From: an uncultured Succinatimonas sp.
GTDB lineage: Bacteria; Pseudomonadota; Gammaproteobacteria; Enterobacterales; Succinivibrionaceae
Assembly: GCA_937880335.1 (NCBI GenBank)
Contig: CALFLJ010000104.1
Span: 1-57,158 of the forward strand
DNA length: 57,158 nt
Direction: 5' to 3'
Numbering within the stretch: the first letter of the stretch is position 1; every line of letters begins with the position of its first letter. The notes beneath the pieces were generated by a model. It saw only the letters and a program-made list of their open reading frames with translations. It was not told the origin of the DNA and did not search any database. The translations under genes were made by a program, and so were the position numbers. This document shows positions 20,396 through 29,484 of this stretch, piece by piece.

Positions 20396-21331
20396 ATGAA
20401 CAAACGCATTATATTCGGAGGCACTCCTGATTTTGCTGCTGTGCACCTCAAAGCAATGTTAGAAAACGGCCTACGTCCTGAGGTTGTTTATACACAACCG
20501 GATAGACCTTCAGGGAGAGGGCATAAGCTCACCCCTTCTCCTGTTAAAGTTCTAGCATTAGAGCATGGTATTGAAGTTAGAACACCATTAAACTTTAAAA
20601 ACGAAGATGATATAAAAGCATTTGAAGAGCTTGAAAGTGATCTTTTTGTTGTAGTAGCTTACGGCATAATTTTACCAGAAAGAATTATTAACTCTCCAAA
20701 AATGGGGTGCATTAATTTGCATGGTTCACTTTTGCCCAAGTATAGAGGAGCTGCACCTATTCAAAGGGCTCTTTTAGATGGAGAAGAAGAGACCGGAGTG
20801 ACCGTTATGCAAATTGCAAAGGCCTTAGATGCAGGAAATATATATCTTAAAGAGACACTTTTGATTTCAAAAGAAGATACTTCTGGCTCTCTTTTTGAAA
20901 AACTATCAATTCTAGGTTCGAAAACTTTAGTAAAATCTATTCCTCTCATTTTAGATGGCAAACTTGAAGCCACACCTCAAGATGAAACTCTTGCAACATA
21001 TGCGGCAAAACTAACTAAAGCAGAATCTGCGATTAACTTTAATGAAACAGCAGATGAAATTGAACTTAAAGTAAGAGGTTTGAATCCTTGGCCTATTGCC
21101 ACTCTGACTAAAGATAAAACTGTTTACAAAGTTTTTAAGGCTAAGGCTATTAAAGTGGCAGGAGAGGCAGGTAAAATTATAGAACATAATAAACAAGGAC
21201 TTGTCATTGCTTGTAAACAGGATGCCTTGCTAGTTGAACAAATTCAAGCTCCTGGACATAAATGTGTTAATGCGGCAGATTTAATCCGCTCTCGTCCAGA
21301 TCTTTTTTCTAAAGGTAGTTTCTGTGACTGA
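20396..21331 (+). CDS. fmt: Methionyl-tRNA formyltransferase
   Basis: GTPDFA, TQPDRP, NLHGSLLPKYRGAAP. Confidence 0.97.
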   Translation: MNKRIIFGGTPDFAAVHLKAMLENGLRPEVVYTQPDRPSGRGHKLTPSPVKVLALEHGIEVRTPLNFKNEDDIKAFEELESDLFVVVAYGIILPERIINSPKMGCINLHGSLLPKYRGAAPIQRALLDGEEETGVTVMQIAKALDAGNIYLKETLLISKEDTSGSLFEKLSILGSKTLVKSIPLILDGKLEATPQDETLATYAAKLTKAESAINFNETADEIELKVRGLNPWPIATLTKDKTVYKVFKAKAIKVAGEAGKIIEHNKQGLVIACKQDALLVEQIQAPGHKCVNAADLIRSRPDLFSKGSFCD

Positions 21332-22808
21332 AAAACTAAAATTAAAGCGCAATCTTTCTGCAGGGAAAAAGGATTTAAAAAAATCCCCATTAAAGAATAA
21401 ATTTACAACTGACCTAAAAGATGAGCAAAAAAAAACATCTTTAAAAATAAATCCTGTTCATAAACAAAAAAACAAAAGCAATTATGTAAGCTCAATAGAC
21501 ACTAAATCACAAGTTAACTCAGTGTCGGGATCAGCAACAAGAGCGGCAGCGGCTATATGCATAAATGCCGTTGAATTAGGACAATCACTAAATGATGTAC
21601 TACCAAAGGCTATTGCTGATTTTGAACCTAGAGATAAAGCATTTGTTCAAGAGCTAGTTTATGGAACATTACGTTATCGTCGACTATTAGGTCTTACCTT
21701 AAAGAAATACCTAAATCGAAGTATACCGGTAAAATTTGCTCTAATTCGCTCGCTTTTACTATGCGGTTTATACCAAATTAGCTTTACCCGTACCCCTCCT
21801 CACGCGGTAGTGGCATCTACTGTAGGAGCATGTCAGGCTTTACATTTAAAGCATTTAACCGGTCTTGTAAATGCCTTATTGCGTACCTTTTTAAGGAATG
21901 GGGCCCATCTTGAACACAGCGCCTATGCAGACGAGGAACAATCTTTTCCTAAATGGCTGTATCAAATGCTAGTCAAAGATTACGGAGAGGATAAAGCTCT
22001 TACAATAATGCAAGAGAGTAATGCTCATGCCCCTTTATGGATTAGGGTTGAAGAATCAAAAATAACCACTCAAGAATATTTAGATATTTTAGAAAAGGCT
22101 GATTTAAAAGGAGAAATAAGTCAGCATTGTACATCTGCTATCAAACTTTATGAGCCTGTCGGAGTTGACAGATTACCATTATTTGCACAAGGCATGGTAA
22201 CAGTACAGGATCTGTCTGCCCAACTTGCAGCTCCTCTTTTAAAGCTTGAAGAAGGACAAGATGTATTAGATGCTTGTGCTGCTCCTGGGGGAAAAACAGC
22301 TCATATTTTAGAAATCTGTCCGAATATCAATCTTATTGCGACTGATATTAATGAGCAAAGATTAAAATCTTGCGAGCAAACCTTAAAACGTTTAAGAAAA
22401 AGCTGTACTTTAAAAGTAAGTGATGCTTCAAATCTTTCTGAAATATCAGGTCAGTTTGATAGGATCTTAGCAGATGTACCTTGCTCAGGTACAGGTGTTA
22501 TCAGACGACACCCTGACATTAAATGGTTACGTCGACAAAAGGATATTGAAGCATTAACCCATGCTCAGGATTTAATATTAGATAAATTATTTGATCGACT
22601 AAAGCCTGGAGGGATTCTGGTTTATACAACCTGCTCAATTTTAAAGGCTGAAAATCAAGAACGTATCGAGTCTTTTTTAAAGCGTCAAAGCAAAGCATCC
22701 TTACTTCCTTTTAATATTTATGGAAAGGAATGCAGTATGTATCAAAACCTTCCTTCATCTGAAGGAGGTGATGGTTTCTTTTACGCTCGTATTATGAAAT
22801 CCTTATGA
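21324..22808 (+). CDS. rsmB: 16S rRNA m5C967 methyltransferase with a basic N-terminal extension
   Basis: NusB-like domain, DACAAPGGKT, DVPCSGTG, YTTCS; def-fmt-rsmB-trkA order. Confidence 0.95.
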   Translation: MTEKLKLKRNLSAGKKDLKKSPLKNKFTTDLKDEQKKTSLKINPVHKQKNKSNYVSSIDTKSQVNSVSGSATRAAAAICINAVELGQSLNDVLPKAIADFEPRDKAFVQELVYGTLRYRRLLGLTLKKYLNRSIPVKFALIRSLLLCGLYQISFTRTPPHAVVASTVGACQALHLKHLTGLVNALLRTFLRNGAHLEHSAYADEEQSFPKWLYQMLVKDYGEDKALTIMQESNAHAPLWIRVEESKITTQEYLDILEKADLKGEISQHCTSAIKLYEPVGVDRLPLFAQGMVTVQDLSAQLAAPLLKLEEGQDVLDACAAPGGKTAHILEICPNINLIATDINEQRLKSCEQTLKRLRKSCTLKVSDASNLSEISGQFDRILADVPCSGTGVIRRHPDIKWLRRQKDIEALTHAQDLILDKLFDRLKPGGILVYTTCSILKAENQERIESFLKRQSKASLLPFNIYGKECSMYQNLPSSEGGDGFFYARIMKSL

Positions 22809-24196
22809 AAATAATTATTCTCGGCGCAGGAAATGTTGGTTTCGAGCTTGCTAAATATCTTGTAAATGCAGGACATGCAGTTACGCTCGTTGATAATGAA
22901 TCAGAAGGGCTTACAACTGCTGCAAGTAGACTTGATTTGCGCGTTGTTACAGGAAACCCGGCGTCTCCTGATATATTGAGAAATGCCGGCGCTGAGAATG
23001 CCGAACTTTTAGTTGCAGCCACGCCTGATGATGAAACAAATATTACAGCCTGTTCTGTAGGAGCTTTTTTATTTAGAATTCCAAGGAAAATAGCTCGTAT
23101 TAGATTAAGTGACTATCTTCGTGAAGCTGATAATCTCTTTGGACCTCACGCTATACCTATAGATCACATCATCTCTCCTGAACATATTATTACTAAAAAT
23201 ATATGTGACCTTATTGAACTACCAGGAATAACTGCTGTTGGTTCTTGCTTTAATGGAAGAGTATTAATTGCCTCTGTTAGAGTTGCAATTGGAGGAAAGC
23301 TGTTAGGTCAAAGTGTTTCAAAATTCGAAAACTACGACTCAAAAGCTACAGCTCTGGCGCTCTACCGAAATGGAAAACAAGTTAAGGACTTCAAAAAGGA
23401 TGTTTTTAAAACTGGAGATACGTTGTACTTTTGCTGCGAAAGAGATAGAGCTTTAAGTCAACTTGCTGCTGTTGTACCACTACAAACAGCTCTAACTGAT
23501 GTAACTATAGCCGGTGGGTCACATATCGCAGATGCTCTAGCTCGAACACTATCTGAACGATATAGAGTAAAACTTATTGAGAGTGATGCTACCCGAGCTC
23601 AAAGATCAGCATCAGCACTTTACGATACAGATGTACAAGTTTTTCATGGAAATCCTGTAGATATCGAATTTCTTCATGAAGAACATATTCAAGACACTCA
23701 TCTTTTTATAGCAGCAACAGCAAATGATGAAAAAAACATCATGGCATCTTTAATTTTAGGCAGATTACACAAAGTCAGAACTTTAGCTGTACTTAGAGAT
23801 GCAAGTTATTATGATCTAGCTCGAGGAGAGCATAGCGAAATAGACACTATCATCTCCCCTCAAGAGTCTACAATTTCTGCTTTACTATCAAATATCCGCC
23901 AGGAAGGAGTAGAAAGCACGACTTTATTTAGACAAGGAGATAGTGAGGCCATTGAATTAACTCTTGAAGGATCAAAATTAGGCAGTCATGTAATCGGACG
24001 CAAAATTGAGGCTATAAATTTCCCTCAAGGAATAAGCTTAGGTCTTATTTTAAGAGGTCGTAGAATTTTAGTTCCATCTCCAGATCTTGTATTTGAGTCT
24101 GGTGATCGTATTTTAGCTTATCTTCCTAAGCATAACCTTATGAGACCACTTGTAAAACTTTGTAGACCGCATTCCTTCTGGATTCCAAAATGGTAG
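22805..24196 (+). CDS. trkA: Trk potassium uptake regulatory subunit
   Basis: MKIIILGAGNVG, two RCK domains, IDHIISPE. Confidence 0.93.
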   Translation: MKIIILGAGNVGFELAKYLVNAGHAVTLVDNESEGLTTAASRLDLRVVTGNPASPDILRNAGAENAELLVAATPDDETNITACSVGAFLFRIPRKIARIRLSDYLREADNLFGPHAIPIDHIISPEHIITKNICDLIELPGITAVGSCFNGRVLIASVRVAIGGKLLGQSVSKFENYDSKATALALYRNGKQVKDFKKDVFKTGDTLYFCCERDRALSQLAAVVPLQTALTDVTIAGGSHIADALARTLSERYRVKLIESDATRAQRSASALYDTDVQVFHGNPVDIEFLHEEHIQDTHLFIAATANDEKNIMASLILGRLHKVRTLAVLRDASYYDLARGEHSEIDTIISPQESTISALLSNIRQEGVESTTLFRQGDSEAIELTLEGSKLGSHVIGRKIEAINFPQGISLGLILRGRRILVPSPDLVFESGDRILAYLPKHNLMRPLVKLCRPHSFWIPKW

Positions 24197-25644
24197 TAGA
24201 TCTCCGTCAAGTTACAAAACTTTTAGGTTCCTCCATCTTTTGGCTAGGTATTATTGCCTTAGTACCTGCAATTTTTGCCTTAACGAGTGGAAGCGCAGGA
24301 TTTTGGGAATTTGCCATAACCGCAGTTATTGGCACAAGTTGGGGCGCTTTTTTTCATGTTTTAGGAAGAAAAGCAGGACTTAAGACTACACCAAGAGAAC
24401 TATTTCTCTTTACAGGTCTTCTATGGCTTTTCATGGCTTGTTTAGGAGCGATCCCATTTTATCTCATGTTAGTAGATATAAATGCAACAACAGCTTTTTT
24501 CGAAAGTGCCTCTGCGCTATCAACTACAGGTAGTACAGCACTACCAAATCTTAATGTAAGACCGTCATCTATTTTACTGTGGCGCTCAATGTTACAATTT
24601 TTAGGAGGCATTGGCTTCGTTGTAATTGGAGTTGCAATTCTACCTAATATTGCCTCAGGTGGAATGACTTTATTTAAAACGGAATCAACTTCTTTTGACG
24701 GTAGTGCCAAAAATACTCCTCACTTAAAAACAATGGCACTAGGCATCCTATCTTGGTATTTTTTAATAGCCATTCTTTGCACTTTTTTCTATTTTTTGGG
24801 TGGCTTTGACATTTTTCTAGCAGTAAACGCAGCCTTATGTACCGTATCAACAGGAGGGATGATGCCTATTGAAGCATCAATGAATGAAGCTAGCGCTTTT
24901 ATTCATTATACTGCTATGGTTTTTATGTTTTTAGGATCTTGTCCATTTCTGCTCATTTTAAGATCTCTTTCAGGAGACTTTTTAGACTTCTTTAGAGATC
25001 AGCAAATTCGTTTGTTTTTATACATCATTTTTATTGTAAGCACAGTAATTTCACTTTGTCTTATACACCTAAACAATTATGACGTTGAAAGGGCATTCCG
25101 AGTTGGTTTTTTTAATGTGATTTCAGTAATATCATCGACTTGTTTTGGCCTTGAGGACTTTTCATCCTGGAATTCATTTGCTTCAATTATATTTATGATT
25201 ATTTTGGCAATCGGAGGCTGCTCTGGGTCAACATCAGGAGGCATAAAAATATTCCGTTTAGCAGTTTGTTTCTCTATGTTTAGAACGGAAATAGTAAAAA
25301 GTCTTCATCCCCATGCAATGATATCCCCCCGCTATAATCAACGAATCATTGATAGTAATACACTGCGAGCTGTAATTACATATTTCGTTGCATATATAGC
25401 TATAACAGCAGTTTCATCTATAATAGCTTGCAGTTACGGACTTGAACCTGGGGATGCGATTACTTATACGTTAGCTTCCTTGTCTAATATAGGACAAGGT
25501 ATGGGTCCTACATTAAACCCGTCTGCAAGCTATGTATTATTAAGGCCTGAATTATATATTTTATTTAGTTTTGATATGATTTTAGGGCGCCTAGAAATTA
25601 TTCCTGTATTATTATGCTTTACCACTATTTTCTGGAAAAAATAA
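24190..25644 (+). CDS. trkH: Trk potassium uptake membrane subunit
   Basis: FES..LSTTG, WRSMLQFLGGIG, GGCSGSTSGGIK, GRLE. Confidence 0.93.
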   Translation: MVVDLRQVTKLLGSSIFWLGIIALVPAIFALTSGSAGFWEFAITAVIGTSWGAFFHVLGRKAGLKTTPRELFLFTGLLWLFMACLGAIPFYLMLVDINATTAFFESASALSTTGSTALPNLNVRPSSILLWRSMLQFLGGIGFVVIGVAILPNIASGGMTLFKTESTSFDGSAKNTPHLKTMALGILSWYFLIAILCTFFYFLGGFDIFLAVNAALCTVSTGGMMPIEASMNEASAFIHYTAMVFMFLGSCPFLLILRSLSGDFLDFFRDQQIRLFLYIIFIVSTVISLCLIHLNNYDVERAFRVGFFNVISVISSTCFGLEDFSSWNSFASIIFMIILAIGGCSGSTSGGIKIFRLAVCFSMFRTEIVKSLHPHAMISPRYNQRIIDSNTLRAVITYFVAYIAITAVSSIIACSYGLEPGDAITYTLASLSNIGQGMGPTLNPSASYVLLRPELYILFSFDMILGRLEIIPVLLCFTTIFWKK

Positions 25645-25875
25645 CATAATAGCATATATAAAATAGCGCTTAATTATTCAAAGATTGTTTCTTTATTTAT
25701 TAATCTAACTAAAAATTAAATCTAGATAAGACTAATTTTAGGCTTATCTAATACAAATAATAAAGAGCATATCAACTAAATATAATAATATATCTCTAAA
25801 ATAGAGTAGCACCTTTGTTATATAAACTTGGGACATTCAACCTTTAAAACAAAATATGTACTTTTCTATAAAGTG

Positions 25876-26814
25876 CTAATAATAAAACCAAAAGTCTAAT
25901 GTTAAAACAACCATCCATGCTATATGATGTATAGCACAACCAATTGCAGTAAACTTTAGTTCGCGGGCGACCTTATCTGGATTTTGGATATTCTTACATG
26001 TTCTGTAAGTTGAGGCTAAAAGAGGAACTAATGAAATTAAAATAAAAGTTACCTCCCACACTTTATGAGAAAGAATACATGCAAAAGCAGAAGTTATTAG
26101 AGTTCCTAAAAACAAAACTATAAGGTATAAAGAAGACATTTTAAAACCTAAGCGTGATGCTAAGGTATGCTTACCATTTTGTCTATCCTCAATAATATCT
26201 CTTGTACTTGCTACATGAAGAACCATTACAGAACCTAAACCTGCACTTACACCTAACAAAAATGTATCAGGATACATATCAAGAGCATTAGATGAGGCAG
26301 CAGTAATTAAAATTTGAGATCCTATAACAGCGACTAAACCAAAAAAAATAAAGACAGCAATGTCACCAAAGCCTTTATAACCATAAGCCATACCTATGGT
26401 ATAAAATAATGCAGCCAAAATTGATATCGCGCCTAAAAAAATAAACCAAGATAAAACTTGTAAATTATTTCCTACAGCTAAAAATACAGCAATAGAACCA
26501 AATATAGCTGCTAAAATTGTTACAACGGCCATTCCTTTACGCAATTGTGTAATTGATATAGCCCCTACCATAACAGCACGAATTGGGCCTTTACGATTTT
26601 TACTATCTGCTTGGCGATAAGCATCTCCATAATCATTAGCAAAGTTACATAAAATTTGTAAAAGCACCCCGGTTATAACAATACTTATGGCAGTAATTAA
26701 AGAATACAGAGACATATCGCCATAATAAAAACCTAAAGCACAACCTAAAGCACAATTAGTTACTCCCAAGAGCAATGTGCGAGGACGCATCTCACTTATC
26801 CAATATGACAACAT
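25876..26814 (-). CDS. menA: 1,4-dihydroxy-2-naphthoate prenyltransferase
   Basis: RPRTL, NFANDYGD, YGYKGFGD..VFIFFG, RD..EDRQNGKHTLA. Confidence 0.88.
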   Translation of the reverse strand: MLSYWISEMRPRTLLLGVTNCALGCALGFYYGDMSLYSLITAISIVITGVLLQILCNFANDYGDAYRQADSKNRKGPIRAVMVGAISITQLRKGMAVVTILAAIFGSIAVFLAVGNNLQVLSWFIFLGAISILAALFYTIGMAYGYKGFGDIAVFIFFGLVAVIGSQILITAASSNALDMYPDTFLLGVSAGLGSVMVLHVASTRDIIEDRQNGKHTLASRLGFKMSSLYLIVLFLGTLITSAFACILSHKVWEVTFILISLVPLLASTYRTCKNIQNPDKVARELKFTAIGCAIHHIAWMVVLTLDFWFYY

Positions 26815-27192
26815 GTTTAATCTCTCTTTTATAATAAAGACAAAAATTTTAATAATGCTTAATGTTTTTTATATATGGAGTTTTATACAGCTAATTTAAG
26901 AAATACAATCAAATTGATTGTGCTTAACATAGACTGTTTTTAAAAACTCTCGCAACATAAACGGTTGCTTAAAAACTGCCATCTATAATACCCGTCCTTG
27001 TAATTACGATCTACTAATCATTTACCGATTTACTAGTAAAACATTAGCAAATATCTTATATTTTTTAGTTTTTATCGTAGTTATTAAAAAACTAAAATTT
27101 TTTTTTGATAAATTTTTCTTATTTTTTTTAAATAGAATCTATTGTGCTTTTGTGTTGGTATAATTTATCGCGAATTTTTACATGGAGAAATT

Positions 27193-29229
27193 ATGTTATT
27201 TAACGATCCAGCCTTACGCGAACTTAAAAATAAATTTGTAAAAGAAAAAATAAAAAAAGAAGGTTGCGTTAAAGCCACAGACCGAGGTTTTGGCTTCTTA
27301 GAAGTTGACCACAATGAATCTTATTTCATTGCCCCAAAAGATATGCGCAATATTATGCATGGAGATCGTATCTGTGCTGTAATTGAAGAAGACGATGGAA
27401 AAAAACACGCCGTTCCTGAAAGTTTAATTGAAGCTAACTTAAATCGCTTTGTTGCAACTGTAATTTACATTGGAGGAAAGTTAAACGTAATACCGGATCA
27501 CCCTAATATCAACACAAAAATTCCTGCTAACATAAAATTAAATCAAAGCCAGGTTAAATTAAACAATGGCGATTGGGTTGTTTGTCAATTAAGCGGTCAC
27601 GCACTTAAAAAACACTCATTTAGCGCTGATATTACAGAGTTTATTTGCAAAAAAAATGACCCAAAAACTCCTTGGAGTGTTTCTCTACGCAGATATGATT
27701 TGCCATTAACGGAGCCTGATAATTCTGATTTTCCTTTTTTAGAAAATGAATTTGAGAGAGAGGATTTTAAAGATTTACCGTTTGTAACCATTGACAGCGA
27801 ACATACAGAGGATATGGACGATGCTCTATATATCAAAAAAATTGAAAATGGATACAAATTATATGTAGCTATAGCAGATCCTACAGCATATATAAAAGAA
27901 GATTCTCCTCTAAATCAATACGCAGCCAAGCGAGCTTTTTCTATATACCTTCCAGGTCGTGATATTCCTATGCTACCGCGCATCCTATCACAAGATCTCT
28001 GTTCCCTAAGAGAAGGAGTTCAACGCCCGGCCTTAGTAGGAATTATTAAATGTGACTACGATGGCGCAATTGATTTTAATGCAACAGAATTTAAATTAGC
28101 AAATATCATATCTCATGGAAAACTTGTTTATAACGAAGTATCAGACTATCTAGAAGGTAAGCTAGGTGCTAAAGAACCTAGTGATGTTGTAAAACCAATT
28201 CTTAATCTGCTAGTAGAGTTCACAAAAATTCGTGACAAATACCGAGCCACTCATGCAGCATCCTTCCGCAATAAACCAGATTACGACTTTATTCTTAATG
28301 AAGAAGGAGAGCTTGATCATATCGAAGTAAATCATCGCCGAATTGCCAATCAGATTGTTGAAGAAGCCATGATTGCAGCAAATATAAGCTCAGGTCAATT
28401 CCTCGCAGATAAATTAAATTGTGGCATTTTTAACACTCACTTAGGATTTGATTGCGATAAAAAAAATGAGATATTAGCCCTTCTTGAACAAGAACATTGT
28501 CCTTTACCTAAGGATGGTTGGGACACAATCGATGGTTATAACGAGATTCGTCGCTTTGCTAATTCTAAAAATGATAATTACTTTGACTGTAGAATCCGCA
28601 AACTTCAGTCTTATTCTCAAATGAGTATAACACCAGCACCTCATTTCGCTTTAGGTGTAAAAAATTACGCAACTTGGACATCTCCAATTCGTAAATATGG
28701 GGATATGGTTAATCATCGACTAATCAAAGCTATAATAGTCGGTAGTGACAAACCTCATCTGCCAGATGAGGAATTACTAAGTAATATGAACTTAGCAAGA
28801 AGAACTAATCGTATGGCAGAACGTGATGTCAGAGACTGGCTCTATGTTGATTACCTTTATGCCGACATTGAAAAGAAAACTGTATTTGAAGCAGAAGTAT
28901 TTGATATAAGTCGTGGTGGGATAAAGGCCATCCTTGAAGAAAATGGAGCAATGGTTTTTGTTCCTTCTGTTTTCATAAGTGAAAGTCGAGATGCTTTTAT
29001 ATTAGATGGTGAACAAGGCTGTCTATTTGTTGATAACAAATGTAAACTTCGTCTTGGTGATAAGATAAAACTTAGAATTGTGGAAATAAATCGTCAGAAT
29101 AGATCCATTACAGCAACTTTAGCATTAGCAATTGAAGGTCTTATTCTGCCAGATCCTAACACACTTAACAAAAATCGTTACCAAAATAATAGGAAGCCAG
29201 TTCACAATAATCGTAACCGTAAGCCCTAA
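27193..29229 (+). CDS. rnb: Exoribonuclease II
   Basis: KATDRGFGFL, TIDSEHTEDMDDAL, YATWTSPIRKYGD, S1 domain; ATG 27193 after GGAGA. Confidence 0.95.
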   Translation: MLFNDPALRELKNKFVKEKIKKEGCVKATDRGFGFLEVDHNESYFIAPKDMRNIMHGDRICAVIEEDDGKKHAVPESLIEANLNRFVATVIYIGGKLNVIPDHPNINTKIPANIKLNQSQVKLNNGDWVVCQLSGHALKKHSFSADITEFICKKNDPKTPWSVSLRRYDLPLTEPDNSDFPFLENEFEREDFKDLPFVTIDSEHTEDMDDALYIKKIENGYKLYVAIADPTAYIKEDSPLNQYAAKRAFSIYLPGRDIPMLPRILSQDLCSLREGVQRPALVGIIKCDYDGAIDFNATEFKLANIISHGKLVYNEVSDYLEGKLGAKEPSDVVKPILNLLVEFTKIRDKYRATHAASFRNKPDYDFILNEEGELDHIEVNHRRIANQIVEEAMIAANISSGQFLADKLNCGIFNTHLGFDCDKKNEILALLEQEHCPLPKDGWDTIDGYNEIRRFANSKNDNYFDCRIRKLQSYSQMSITPAPHFALGVKNYATWTSPIRKYGDMVNHRLIKAIIVGSDKPHLPDEELLSNMNLARRTNRMAERDVRDWLYVDYLYADIEKKTVFEAEVFDISRGGIKAILEENGAMVFVPSVFISESRDAFILDGEQGCLFVDNKCKLRLGDKIKLRIVEINRQNRSITATLALAIEGLILPDPNTLNKNRYQNNRKPVHNNRNRKP

Positions 29230-29283
29230 TACATTCAGAAATAGTATTTTCTAAAAATAAAAAAAATTATTTATAGTTAATCC

Positions 29284-29323
29284 AAAGGCCTATTTTCTAA
29301 TATACAAAGAAATAGGTCTTTTT
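29284..29323 (+). terminator. Probable rnb terminator
   Basis: AAAGGCCTATTT...AAATAGGTCTTTTT. Confidence 0.65.
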
Positions 29324-29397
29324 ATATTTAATTATGTTCATATTTACCAATAAAAGTTTTTTCAACCTAACAAAATAAAACTCACTTTAAATATAAT

Positions 29398-29430
29398 AAA
29401 CCCCAATAAGTTTGAACAACTTACTGGGGT
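29398..29430 (-). terminator. Probable prlC terminator
   Basis: CCCCAATAAGTT-TGAAC-AACTTACTGGGG with an A run on the plus-strand left side. Confidence 0.6.
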
Positions 29431-29484
29431 CACCATATCCTTGATAATGGGGATTTTTACTGATATTAAGAGTTTTTATAAAAA

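Noticed and set aside
25645..25875. Possible sRNA between trkH and menA
   Set aside because: Only one hairpin (TAGATAAG/CTTATCTA, 25723-50), adequately explained as a terminator between convergent genes
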